Of a DNA stretch of 64,000 nt, positions 1 to 13,720 are shown in pieces. The notes under the pieces were generated by a model, which was not told where the DNA came from, ran no database searches, and saw only the letters and a program-made list of their open reading frames with translations. How positions within the stretch are numbered: the first letter of the stretch is position 1; each line of letters opens with the position of its first letter. Both the position numbers and the translations under genes were made by a program. The stretch comes from Eledone cirrhosa (lineage: Eukaryota), in contig OZ024740.1 in the NCBI GenBank assembly GCA_964016885.1, positions 172,174,001 to 172,238,000 of the forward strand, read 5' to 3'.

Positions 1-204
1 TCATTGTCCAGTGTAGTCTGAAGTAAAGTATTACTAGAGAAAAAACCCCGGATGGTCATGGATAGAATACCTTCGATTAATGAGTCTGCAGGATTAGAAT
101 AGAATTGGAGTCTTAACAATATCAATTACTCACCGTTAGTAACAATGGCAGTAAGGGCTACGGCATCTATAAAACCACAATTATTATTACTAGTACTACC
201 GAGG

Positions 205-582
205 GCGGGGGATTGGCAGTATCGGTAGAGTCGGACGCCATGCTTTGCAGATTAGAGTTACGGTCCTTTACGGTCTGAGTTCAAATCCCGCCGAGGTTAA
301 CTTTACCTTTCATCCTTACGGGGTCGATAAAATAAAGCACCAGTAATGTACTGGGTCGATTTAATCGACTGTCCCCTCCCCCCAAAATTACTGGCCTTGT
401 GCCTATACTAGATATTATTATTGGTCGGACGCCATGCTTTGACACATAGAGTTACGGTCCTTGCCATTCTGAGTTCAAATCCCGCCGAGGTTAACTTTGC
501 CTTTCATCCTCACGGGGTCGATGAAATAAAGTACCAGTAATGCAATGGGTAATTACTGGCCTTGTGCCAAAAGTAGAAACAA
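205..582 (+). mobile_element. two adjacent copies of tRNA-derived SINE family A (Meta-domain-like core)
   Basis: A-box-like TGGCAGTATCGG, B-box GAGTTCAAATCCC, core CCGAGGTTAACTTTGCCTTTCATCCTTACGGGGTCGATAAAATAAAGTACCAG, tail GGCCTTGTGCC..AGTAGAAACAAT; the same sequence recurs more than 12 times in the window. Confidence 0.85.
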
Positions 583-992
583 TTATTACTACTACTACTG
601 CTGCTGCTACGGTTACCAACCTAACAGCAGCAACAAATTGTCAGTTCATTCATTGAGTCGTTTCCTTGGAAGTTGATAGCGATGGACATGTGTATATGTG
701 GATGTGTGCATGCGTGTGTGACGAAAGAGTTCCAATAACTTGTATAATAGTGTGAACATTAGACTGTCACATAAGTGCGTGAAAAGGTGACAAACGTGAT
801 AGATTATCAAGTAAAGGAAAGTATTTTTAAAACCAGAAGTTGAAATTGCCTACCTTTATAATACATGAAAAGAGCTTCAGATTGTAAATTGTTTCATAGC
901 TGACTGAATCAACTCTGTTATGTCATCACGGAAAATGTTATCTTTTTCTCATTATCCCCCCACCCCCCACACACACACACTCTATATATATA

Positions 993-1048
<56 letters not shown>

Positions 1049-1240
1049 TATATAATATTGATTCTCTGAGAGATTCATCTCATTGAGATGTTTAAGTATT
1101 AGAGACTAATTAACCTTTAATTGATATATATATATATATATATATATAATGTAGGAGGTGAGTTTTATTGTAGTACAATAAAGCAATGCAGATATCGGAT
1201 AAGAAGCACTCTACAGTTTGTGGGACTGGAGTATGCATAA

Positions 1241-1790
<550 letters not shown>

Positions 1791-2090
1791 ATCTGCTGTA
1801 CTCAGGCCTGGAGAAGGATGGGCTCCGCCAGGCTTGAAATGCCCAAGAAACGCCGTATGTCAATACGGTGTCATTACGTTTCCTTTCTCTTTTCACTATC
1901 TTTCTATGTCATTTTTTTATTTCATTCTATATTCTGATAATAGTGCCCGAAACGTAAAGATTCTTTTCCCACTATATCAAGCGTTAAACTAATATATTTT
2001 TAAAAATTGTATTGTGTAGTTTGCTTTGTTTTTTTTTACGGCTACGTTTCACATTTATCTATATCTACATCTATCTATATATAGAGATAG

Positions 2091-2123
<33 letters not shown>

Positions 2124-2140
2124 TAGATATATAGATATAT

Positions 2141-2438
2141 AGATATATATAAAGTTGTAGTTCCTGTCTGTTTGTTTGTTTGTTCACGAATTCCTCCTAT
2201 GGTTTTGTAGATAGACCTCCCTCTCCCCCATAGCAATATATATTCTGAAACTACATTTCCCAGGGTACTTGGATAAGAATAATTCATTTTAATCAAAGGG
2301 TTCCTCAGGGGCATCTGAGTAATATTAAAATGCAGAGTTTTTCTCCATAAATTATATCACTTAGTTAAAATAAATCATTTTCTTACAAAAGAAAAAAAAA
2401 ATGTGTGAAACGCAGCAAGGCACGGGTAATTCGGCTAG
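2141..2438 (+). mobile_element. non-autonomous Helitron (~300 bp)
   Basis: 5' part (AAAGTTGTAGTTCCTGTCTGTTTG...) and 3' part (...AAACGCAGCAAGGCACGGGTAATTCGGCTAG/T) match both ends of the helicase-bearing copy at 41400-42400; ends in CTAG followed by T. Confidence 0.75.
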
Positions 2439-2959
2439 TATATATATATCTATAAGTACACAGATCTGACTGACAGTGTTTCCACGTAAATTTGCAATTC
2501 TATTCTATTCTTCTATTCTATGCCCCTGTTTCAACCTCCGGCTACTGCATTGTTCGCAACCAAGACCTTCTAGTACTATTTTACATCACTCAACCATCGT
2601 ATTTTAAACATTATTAGTTCATCTTAGGGCGGTGGATTGGAAGAATCGTTACTATCAGATAAAATGCTTTGTGATATTTTTTGTTGCTATTTACATTGTT
2701 TTCGAATCCCGCCACGGTTAACTTTGTCTCTCATCCTTCTGGGTATATGCTGAGGTCGATTTAATCGACTTTCCTTTGCTGGTTTTGTACCTAAATTAGA
2801 AACCATTACTTGTTCATCTTTATATGGTACTTTCCTTATATTTCGAACCACTACATTTCTCAGAAAACCATGCCAAGATATTTCGTAATGCATCATTTTG
2901 TTCCGGCACTTTATCTTCTAAGTTCATACTCTTACGAGATCAACTTTCTAATATAGGCA

Positions 2960-3135
2960 AAACGAAGGAAAGCAAAGTCAATTAAACAAACCCAAGTATT
3001 TTACTGGTATCTTATTTTATCGAGCTCCGAAGGATTGATAGGCAAAATTGACCTCGGCGGGATTTGAATCCCCAACTTAAAAGGCCATACCTAAATGCTC
3101 TAACAATTCTGCCAATCTACTGCCAATCTACTGCC
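2960..3135 (-). mobile_element. diverged SINE family A copy
   Basis: Reverse-complement core ACTGGTATCTTATTTTATCGA...CCTCGGCGGGATTTGAA. Confidence 0.6.
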
Positions 3136-3491
3136 CTTACTATAAGCAAAACAATATCATCAGAATGATAGAAATTTACCAAATACCTTCCATAAATCCA
3201 CTCACAAACAAACACACATTCCCTCTCACACATACACATGCACACACACAGATACACACACACATTCTGTTTCATTACAACATCTAGCTCTACCTGGCAT
3301 AAGAATTGAAAACAACATTGCAAAATAACAAAACTTTTACACAAATGCTGTTACTCATTGTAATCAAGACTCTGAGATTGTGAACTGGGCCTTTGAGTAA
3401 AACAATTGTCCATGAAATGATACGAACGCTCGACACGCCGGTTGTCTATCACTCTCATGTTTTATGTAAGAGAACAATTATCCTTTTCTCT

Positions 3492-3538
<47 letters not shown>

Positions 3539-4115
3539 TTATATGACTATCATCATCATCACTGTTTAACGTCCATGTATATATGTGTGTGTGTGTGTGT
3601 GTGTGCGCGTATGGTGTATAAATATGTATATATGTATGCATGTATATGTAGGTATATATAGATATGGTGAAGTGGGGCGCTACCCTCTCTTAATACCTTA
3701 ATACAAGTATATACTGTGTTATTTTGTTGTCAGTTATGTTCAAGGGAGTGTGCTTGATATGTTCATAATATGGAGACTGTTTAGCGAAGAATGTATGGTG
3801 TCTTACATAATGCTAATTCCTTTTTACTTTTCTTTTTCTTTTGTTGTTGTAATATGTAAAACTCCAAAAAATTCGCTCATGTATATTTCTCTGTGGCATT
3901 TGTAATAATTTCTCATGCTTCTATTATTATGAAATGCAGAACATGGGCGTTGGATTGGCAGAATTGGAGGTGTGCCGTATAAAAATGGCTTGCGGTATTT
4001 AATAACATAAGATTCTTTATGTTTTGAGTTCAAATGATCCTGTAATCGATACTAGTTTTATCCACCCAGGTTCGATAAATTAACTATTAGTAATATACGA
4101 CTTGTCAATTCAATC

Positions 4116-4583
4116 CAGGGGTGGTGCAACTAGGGTGGTGGTGGTGGTGTCATGGTGCCATGCCCCCCCCCCCCATAATTATATTTTTCTCCCCAAATTA
4201 CCAAAACACACACCTTTATGTATATGCGCTACAATTTATGTACACGTTATATTTATCGCATATCGAAGTTTTTTCTTGGTTGATATTTGATAATAACACT
4301 ATAATATATTATGTTAACTTTCATAGTAAGTTTTTTTGTCATGTCATAAATTTTTCTCCACATATCACTATTTGCCAATTGCTAGTATGTATATTCACAG
4401 ACAGATTTCTCAGGTCATTTTACTATAATCACTTTATAATTATTGAAAGCTGTAAATGTAATATAACCAGCTTAAACTCAAATTGAATTTTCTGGCCATT
4501 TTAGAGTGCAAAGAGCTAAACTAATCATTGTAACTAAATTGAGCAAATTTGACCCCACCAATTAAGAAATGCTTCCACCACTG
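4116..4583. mobile_element. possible hAT-like MITE
   Basis: Termini CAGGGGTGG.../...CCACCACTG; 8-bp flanks ATTCAATC and CTACAATC match only partly. Confidence 0.35.
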
Positions 4584-4617
4584 CTACAATCTATTAACCT
4601 GTATTCTCTAGATGTGT

Positions 4618-4692
<75 letters not shown>

Positions 4693-5239
4693 CACAAGCA
4701 CACACACACAAACTCACGTGCACATATGTTTGAATGTGTGTATGTGCAGAAGTTTAACATTTGGAGATGTAAATCTTGAGAAACGCAAAAGAAAAACCCA
4801 AAAAGATTTAAAATATAGCAATATGCTTGGGCCAGAAAAAATAGAGTACTTTGTTCGATGGACACTTAAAGCCGGTTAGAAGATACGAACCGTTGCACCG
4901 TTATCGCGCGGTAGACGGACAACACATTGATCTGGCCATCTTACTGATTAAAATCTCAATATGATTTAATCGAGGTTCATCTCTCAACATCTAAAATTAC
5001 GTTTCCATTGTTTGTTTCGTGATTTCCTAAATTAACAACGGGAACTCTTGTGAAGCGTTACAAACATTTATGGATTTATTTATCTATTTATTCATTTATT
5101 TTCTTAGAGTGATTCATTTTCTTATTACTATTTGGCTTAGAATTCCATGACAACAATGAAAATAAAACGAAACTAAATAGATTATATATATGTGTGTGTA
5201 TGTATATAAGAATTTACGTATATCTTCGTACGTCTGTGT

Positions 5240-6200
<961 letters not shown>

Positions 6201-6545
6201 ATATGTGTTTTTACATGTATGTATATGTATAAGAACGTTCCAATTTATTCAATAAAGCGGTCTATTTAAGATAAATAATGCTAACTGAAATGTTGCGGGA
6301 AGGGTGTATGTGTGTGGAGGTGGGGGTGGAAGGAGTTGGTGGTGGGAGGTGAAGACCGGGATTTAAGGTAAGAAAAGGAGCTTGGTGTGGTGTTTGTAGG
6401 GAAGATTAATTAAGATGTGATAGGTGCGTTGAGGGTAAAAGAGATAGTGCGTACTCACTTGATAAATGTCAAAAACATACATACATATGTATGTATGTTT
6501 TCATACATACATACACACAGACGCGTACACACACGTCTCTCTCTC

Positions 6546-6619
<74 letters not shown>

Positions 6620-6637
6620 TATATGTATGTATGTATA

Positions 6638-6831
6638 TATATATATTCATATGTACATATACGCATACACACACACATATCTCTGTACATATATATTCAT
6701 ATGTACATATACGCATACACACACACATATCTCTGTACATATATATTCATATGTACATATACGCATATACACACACATATCTCTGTATATATATATTCAT
6801 ATGTACATATACGCATACACACACACATATC

Positions 6832-6840
<9 letters not shown>
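6638..6840. repeat. ~50-bp minisatellite, about 4 units
   Basis: Unit ATATATTCATATGTACATATACGCATACACACACACATATCTCTGTAC repeated. Confidence 0.85.
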
Positions 6841-6878
<38 letters not shown>

Positions 6879-7326
6879 ATACATATATAAACACACACAC
6901 ACACGCGCGCATACACACATATATATACATACATTTTGATGGCATAATGTTTGGTAGGGTTCTGCATATTTAGTTTCAGGCGGTAAGGTGTATATTAAGA
7001 GAAAAGAAGGAATGACAGAAAGGAAAAAGAAGAAAAGAGTAAGAAGGTTTATTTTCTAAAAAAAGAAATAGTAAAAGGTGAAGGGGTAATATGTGTAGGA
7101 ATAGAATAAATGAATGAAGGGAAAGAGAAAAGTTGAGAGATAGATGGATAGATAGATAGATAGATAGATAGAGAACGTGTGTGTGTGAGAGAGAAATAGG
7201 AATTACAAATACATGTTTAGGATATTGTTATATATTTAATGCGTCTGTGTATGTGTGTGTATATATATATATATATACAAATGTACATATATACATACAC
7301 TCACAGAATCGCATACACACACTCAG

Positions 7327-7357
<31 letters not shown>

Positions 7358-7439
7358 TATATAGGGAGTCCCCCGAAAATGTAGACACACTTCAACCGCA
7401 TTCTAATAAACATTACCGCGTTTGGGGGACACCATGTAC

Positions 7440-7501
<62 letters not shown>

Positions 7502-7503
7502 CA

Positions 7504-7601
7504 CAGGGTGTCCCCAAAAAACGAATACACACTTTGATTACCTGTACAGGCAATATTTATTAGAATGCTGTTGAAGTGTGTCTACATTTTTTGGGGACAC
7601 C

Positions 7602-7604
<3 letters not shown>
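7504..7604. mobile_element. Tc1/mariner-type MITE (older related copy at ~7362-7437)
   Basis: TIRs CAGGGTGTCCCCAAAAAA / TTTTTTGGGGACACCCTG followed by TA. Confidence 0.7.
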
Positions 7605-7640
<36 letters not shown>

Positions 7641-7656
7641 ATAAAATGGGGAGAAA

Positions 7657-7702
<46 letters not shown>

Positions 7703-7724
7703 CTGAGTGTGTATGTGTGTATGT

Positions 7725-7955
7725 GAGGGCGCGAGGGTTAGTGGTTCGGTTATTCAGTTCACGATCATAAGGCCGGAGATTCGATTCCTCGACTGGTCGG
7801 CTCGTTGAGTCCTTGAGCAGATGCTTTATTTCAGTCCCCTCCACTGTGTATCACGTTGAATCTCCCTTAGAATTTAGGTTATCGGTGCACGTGTCTCTGG
7901 AATGTTTAACCACTTAAACATTAATTTTACGAGTAAGTTGTTCCGGTGACTGACA
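7725..7955 (+). mobile_element. tRNA-derived SINE family B (relatives at ~15405-15700, ~18820-19120, ~54405-54730)
   Basis: tRNA-like head (TTAGTGGTT...TTCGATTCC) followed by GTCCTTGAGCA(A)G..ACTTTATTTCA core shared among copies. Confidence 0.6.
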
Positions 7956-8357
7956 CATCTTACTTTCTTTTTCTTGCTTTTTTTGTACTTCTTTTTCTTC
8001 ATTTCTCTTCCATACCGAGACTTTCATGCTATAAGAGATATCACAACTTTTCCCTGACGTCACATAAATTCTATGTGTACTTATAGCTTAATTGCTATAA
8101 ATTAATGTTTTGTCTTTCGTCTCTTACTCCACTAGACATCGTTTGACTTGTGTTAGACGCTGTGACCCCGGATGTACTAGCACTAGGGGTTGGAACTGCC
8201 AAAGTCCACCTTAACAGCCGAGGACCCAGGAGTTCTGTGTCTTTCGTTTGTATTTTTATTTTATTTTTTAAACAATTTTTCAAGGTTTCCTTTAAAAAAA
8301 AATATATTTCGTTTTCGTTCGTTGTCTTTTCCTCTATGCTAATTTTCCTAAGTTTAT

Positions 8358-8389
<32 letters not shown>

Positions 8390-8390
<1 letters not shown>

Positions 8391-8578
8391 ATTGTTTCTA
8401 CTTTAGGCACAAGGCCAGCAACTACCCAGTGCCTTACTGGTACTTTATTTTATCGAATCCGTAAGGATGAAAGGCAAAGTCAACCTCGGCGGGATTTGAA
8501 CTCAGATCGTAAAGGGACGTAACTATGCTGGAAAGCATGGCGTCCGACCCTCTACCGATACTACCAATCCACCGCCCT
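8390..8578 (-). mobile_element. SINE family A copy
   Basis: Full reverse complement of the family consensus. Confidence 0.85.
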
Positions 8579-8599
8579 TATATATATATATATATATAA

Positions 8600-9540
8600 T
8601 ATAATGAAATGACAGGAGGCTGGATTTGTGTAAATCCTTGAAAGGTTTATTATACTATGATCATTTCAATGACCGGGTTCCGTATGAATCCGGTGATATC
8701 ATCAGGTATTCGAAATATAATACGTGAATGCAATAGATAAAATCCATGGGGCTGAAAATCGAGGACCCGAGGGCGACCGCTATTCTGTTTCTTCAACCTC
8801 AGCCGGTCGCCCTGGAGTGACGTGGCTAAAGTTTATAGTATGCTACTACCGGTCAGATAAACGAAAACAGAAAGAGATGGGTACATAAGTTAGCGTCAAT
8901 CTCATGACACAAGGTAAAAGAAAGAAAGAAAGGAAGGAGAGAGAAGAAGGGGGAAGAAAGAAGAAGAGAAGCCAGGGTTAGTGTCAGCTAAAAGAAGAAA
9001 GGCAACTACTACCGGTCAGATATAGGCAAGCAAGAGGGGGAAGGAAGATAAGTCTGCGGGAGGAAGGCAGGAAGAGGGGAGAAGAGAAGGAAGAGAAGAG
9101 ATTGACGCTAACTTATGTTCCCATCCCTTTCTGTTTTCGTTTATCTGACCGGTAGTAGCATACTATAAACTTTAGCCACGTCACTCCAGGGCGACCGGCT
9201 GAGGTTGAAGGAACAGAATAGCGGTCGCCCTCGGGTCCTCGATTTTCAGCCCCATGGATTTTATCTATTGCATTCACGTATTATATTTCGAATACCTGAT
9301 GATATCACCGGATTCATACGGAACCCGGTCATTGAAATGATCATAGTATAATAAAACTTTCAAGGATTTACACAAATCCAGCCTCCTGTCATTTCATTAT
9401 AATATTTAACTCCGTAATAGCACCACCAACTACAAAAATAAAGACGGTTGAACTGCCTTACGTTGAGTACTCTCTATATTATTGCATTACGATTGACCAT
9501 ACGGAATAGACCAGCTCTATACAGTGGTGAACCTCAAACC

Positions 9541-9545
<5 letters not shown>
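8600..9545. repeat. foldback element: ~300-bp inverted arms (8600-8903 and 9098-9401), purine-rich spacer and ~140-bp tail, inside (TA)n
   Basis: Near-perfect reverse complementarity of the arms; TA tracts on both sides. Confidence 0.9.
9281..9354 (+). ncRNA. type I hammerhead ribozyme (mirror copy on - strand at ~8648-8720)
   Basis: ATAC-CTGATGA (9296-9302), stem II ACCGG..CCGGT, GAAA 9334-9337, palindrome TGATCA, TA, GTAT. Confidence 0.7.
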
Positions 9546-9588
<43 letters not shown>

Positions 9589-9720
9589 TATTTCTGTATA
9601 TATACAGAGCAGGTAACCGGACTTCGACAATATGTATACAAATATACTCATTTTAAATGTGTTAAAATGTAAAACATGTCAGAAAATACGAATTATCCTG
9701 TAAATGGAAACAAGTATATA

Positions 9721-9769
9721 CACGTTTAATCGATTTTCGGACCTAGTTGGGTGCTTATCAAAAGGCGTG
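9721..9769 (-). ncRNA. hammerhead-like motif with U3-A8 core variant
   Basis: Minus strand reads CACGCCTT-TTGATAA-GCACC.CAACTA.GGTCC-GAAA-ATCGAT-TA-AACGTG. Confidence 0.45.
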
Positions 9770-10162
9770 TATTATCATCCAAACAACCGCATGGAAACGT
9801 ATTTTATTTGACGGACTTATATACCCATTCGCTCTCTCCAGTGCTCTGAAAAGGACGGACTTATCAACATTAGTGTTAGTAATTTTTAAAAAGGATTGTG
9901 GAGAGAGAGACAGAGATATTAGGAAAGTAATATTGAGAATTAAAAACATGAATGAAAATAACTGAGAGATATGCCGGGTGTTGACAATAGAAAATTAAGA
10001 CATTCAGAGATAATATAGAAAAGAATGTGTGCATGTGTGTGTGTGCGTTTGTTCGTGTGTATGAGGATAGGGAGAGAGAAAGAGAGAACACATAAAGGAA
10101 TATTAGTTTAGTCTGGATATATGTATGGTCATAGACACATACCCATGTATATTCACCCCACC

Positions 10163-10222
<60 letters not shown>

Positions 10223-10224
<2 letters not shown>

Positions 10225-10471
10225 TACCTTGATTAAATCTTAACCATTTAACATCTCAGGGTATGTCATGTATCATTATATTTTGTCTGATGAGGACGTA
10301 CTGTTGTACCTCTGAAATATGTATAATAAAATTTAATTGATCAAAAGAACATCTATTTTATTAATATTTGTATTTTAATATTAATAACTCTGGCAAATAT
10401 TTTCTTGTAGAGTGCTTCCAATCTACTGTAAAACTTATTCTTTGATGTACACATTGAATCTTGTTTAACTC

Positions 10472-10477
<6 letters not shown>
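10223..10477 (+). mobile_element. solo PLE terminal-repeat fragment with hammerhead (10280-10332) in (TA)n
   Basis: ATTTTGT-CTGATGA-GGACGTACTGTTGTACCTCT-GAAA-TATGTA-TA-ATAAAAT; closely similar to the 3' end of the PLE at 50102-50205. Confidence 0.75.
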
Positions 10478-10542
<65 letters not shown>

Positions 10543-10837
10543 CACTTCTCTGTATAGACACATACCCATGTATATTCACCCCACCCCCATATATATATAT
10601 ATATATATACATATATATATAAGCACTTCTCTGTATCTCTCTATATCCTCCTCTCCTACGATACGTATATTCTATTATATATATATATATACATATATAT
10701 ATATAAGCACTTCTCTGTATCTCTCTGTATGTCCCTATATCCTCCTCTCCTACGATACATATATTCTATTATATATATATTGGCTGAAGGCAATATATTT
10801 GCCGGCTGTGGGACTTTATGTCCTATGTAAGGGAAAA

Positions 10838-10918
10838 TGCTTTCTGAAGAGCCGAACTTTCCATTGGAATTCCCATGGATTTCCAATCCTTTGTGAGGCG
10901 AAACGGTCGGTAAAAGCA
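10838..10918 (+). ncRNA. type I hammerhead ribozyme, copy 1
   Basis: CTGAAGA 10844-10850, GAAA 10900-10903, predicted cleavage after 10912, stem I TGCTTT/AAAGCA. Confidence 0.75.
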
Positions 10919-11325
10919 ATATGGATAGGTAAATATTTAAATGATATTTTTTGAATTTATTTTAAAAGATTGTTTGAATTTTGCTTGTTCCGTTTATCTC
11001 AATTTTATAGTTCTGGTATGTCAAATTAATACCATTGAACAACAACTGTATCATAGACACCCTATATATTTCCGAGGGTACTTAGTACCTGTAGGGATAT
11101 TGATCTCATTTTATATATATTCTACCATGTGTAGAGAAACAATCCGTTGTTTACCTAGCTACTATTTTTAGTGGTGTGACAGACAACACGTCTATGCTAC
11201 TCCCGCTTCTACTAACGACCAGTTCACGTGTAGGTCACGTTTACGGCCCCATTCGATCCTGCACTAGCTGGCTGAAGGCAATATATTTGCCGGCTGTGGG
11301 ACTTTATATCCTATGTAAGGGAAAA

Positions 11326-11406
11326 TGCTTTCTGAAGAGCCGAACTTTCCATTGGAAATCTCTTGGATTTCCAATCTTTTGTGAGGCGAAACCGTCGGTA
11401 AAAGCA
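11326..11406 (+). ncRNA. type I hammerhead ribozyme, copy 2
   Basis: CTGAAGA 11332-11338, stem II with ATTGGAAATC/GATTTCCAAT helix, GAAA 11388-11391, stem III ACCG-T-CGGT, predicted cleavage after 11400. Confidence 0.8.
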
Positions 11407-11881
11407 ATATGGATAGGTAAATATTTAAATTATATTTTTTGAATTTATTTTGAAAGATTGTTTGAATTTTGCTTGTTCCGCTTATCTCAATTATATATAT
11501 ATGTATGTATATACATATATTTGCATGCATATTTATGCATATACTTACTTACATATACACGCTTAATTACATATATATCATTATAATAAAACTCATGTAT
11601 AAAGTGACAGCCGCTTTATGTTAGATATGTTGGGTAAATGTTAATTTAATATTTTCCTACCTACCTCGCTCACAACAGTGTCCCCATGATGATCCGTTGT
11701 CAAACAACCCTCCACATCTTACAGCCCTCCACATGTCTCTCTCTCTCTCCCTCCCCCCCTCTCTCTCTCTTTATATATACATACACACACACACACATAT
11801 CTCTCTCTCTATATATATACATATACATATGTGTGTGTGGTGCGTGTGTGTGTGTGTGTATGTGTGTGTGTGTGTGTGTAT

Positions 11882-11921
<40 letters not shown>

Positions 11922-12721
11922 ACACCTTTTTTCAACCAAAATCAATTGTGAATTGTATAAACTCTTTCATTGATGAAAGACAAATACTTTTGAAAATAAA
12001 TATGAATTTGAAATTTTATGTTTGGAACATAACTTAATAAAAGTACTTACGTAATTTTATGATAGAATGTTTTAAGATGAATATAAACATTTTTTGACAA
12101 ACAGCTTTCTATCGTAGGGACGTTTCAGGTGGTTTGATATCAAAAGGGTCAGGGATACATGAATATGTATCTGTGTGTATGTTTCCATGCAACAGCTTTT
12201 ATCTCTCTGTGGACAGAGAATAGAATTGATCTAACTACTTTCTGGTCTACTCAAAATGTTATCAAAAATACTTGTACATGTATTTATCTACAAAGATATA
12301 AGTCGCATTATTAAAGCGTCGTCGTCAAGAGCGGTGAATTGGCTGCATCGGTAGAGTGTCAGACACCATGCTTTACAGCATAGAGTTATGGCCCTTTACG
12401 TTCTGAGTTCAAATCCCACTGGGATAATTGCTGGCCTTATGCTAAAAAGTAGAAACAATTATTAAAGCGTCGTTACTACTCGGACAGGGTTAAATTAGTT
12501 TGCGCGGATATATATATAAACACACACATATATATATTACGTGTGTGTGTATTTATACATGCAACTATGTATACACACACACACACACACACACACACAT
12601 GCACACACAAACTCGACCGTAATAGAGACATAATTGAAGATATTCGTCTCAGATAAAAGTTTAATAATTATAACAATAATTAATAATTATTAATAATAAA
12701 TAATTATTATAATAATTATTA

Positions 12722-12985
12722 TGAGAATCAGACACGTAGAAGTGGTACCGATTGTGGTTGGCTCACTGGGAGCAGTTACTAAAAGGTTAGATGCATGATT
12801 TGAGAAGCTAAGAATTCAAATCAGGTGGGATTGGTGCAGAATACAGCCTTGCAAGGAACCGCAAGGATTCTAAGGAGGGGGTTGGAAAGTTGAAAAAGAA
12901 AGAATGACCCAAATAACCTTTGGTCATTGGCTATGGCTCGCTCTTTTGGTATAGTGCTCGTATAACATCTGCCAGAACGACAACC
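12722..12985 (+). mobile_element. 3' end of an RLE-type (R4/Dong-like) non-LTR retrotransposon after a (TAA)n-rich tract
   Basis: Translates to VEVVPIVVGSLGAVTKRL...TALQGTARILRRGLES* with a stop and a frameshift; typical RLE C-terminus. Confidence 0.6.
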
Positions 12986-13330
12986 TCCACCTGCACCTCA
13001 CCCGATACATCATAGAGAGGGAAGGGTGTAAACCTGTCTTCGGTGGGGGTCTGATAAATTAAAATCAAACGAAAGCTTTCTATAGGGTCGACCATCGATA
13101 CCTGGAGGCTGTCCTCAAGGCAGTTGGCTTCGGTCTCATCTTCAGAGGTTGGATCTCTGCAATGCACAGCATCTGCTCAGTGGTTAATGTTAATGGCGAT
13201 CTTTTGGAACCGTTCCAGATTTCCCGATCGATCCGTTAAGGGTGTCCTATCTTCTCCAGATCCGTCAAGATGCGATAATAGCTGTTCGACAAAACTCCAT
13301 AACAAAGCTTGGACAGTGGAGGAGTGCTTG
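12985..13330 (+). pseudogene. degenerate Tx1-type RT fragment
   Basis: Aligns by eye to 28246-28570 (CGATACATCATAGAGAGGG...ATAGGGTCGACCAT..TACCTGGA). Confidence 0.7.
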
Positions 13331-13457
13331 TAGAATCATTTCATCGCTCTGCGAGCATCTCTGAGTGGTCCGTCTGACAGCACTTCCGTGCCTGTAGAAT
13401 TTGTCTCCAGTCGGCTGTGCCTTGTGGTAGGAAATTGTCAATAGTCCCCGGCTCGAA

Positions 13458-13645
13458 AGTGGATTGGCAGTATCGGTAGAGGGTCGGACGCCATGCTTAG
13501 CAGTATAGAGTTACGGCCCTTTATGATCTGAGTTCAAATCCCGCCGAGGTTAACTTTTCCTTTCATCCTTACGGGGTCGATAAAATAAAGTACCAGTAAT
13601 GCACTGGGATAATTGCTGGCCTTGTGCCAAAAAGTAGAAACAATT
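13458..13645 (+). mobile_element. SINE family A copy (internally deleted copy at 12330-12460)
   Basis: Matches the family consensus. Confidence 0.85.
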
Positions 13646-13720
13646 ATTAAAATGTCGTCACTACTCGGACAGGGTTAAATTAGTTTGCGCGGATACATAT
13701 ATATATATATATATATATAT

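Larger units (their letters stand above)
10781..11492 (+). mobile_element. retrozyme-like non-coding element: two 224-bp direct repeats (10781-11004, 11269-11492), each with a hammerhead
   Basis: Repeats offset by 488 nt; each has TGCTTT-CTGAAGA-GCC...GGC-GAAA-C(C/G)GTCGG-TA-AAAGCA; (TA)n on both flanks. Confidence 0.8.
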
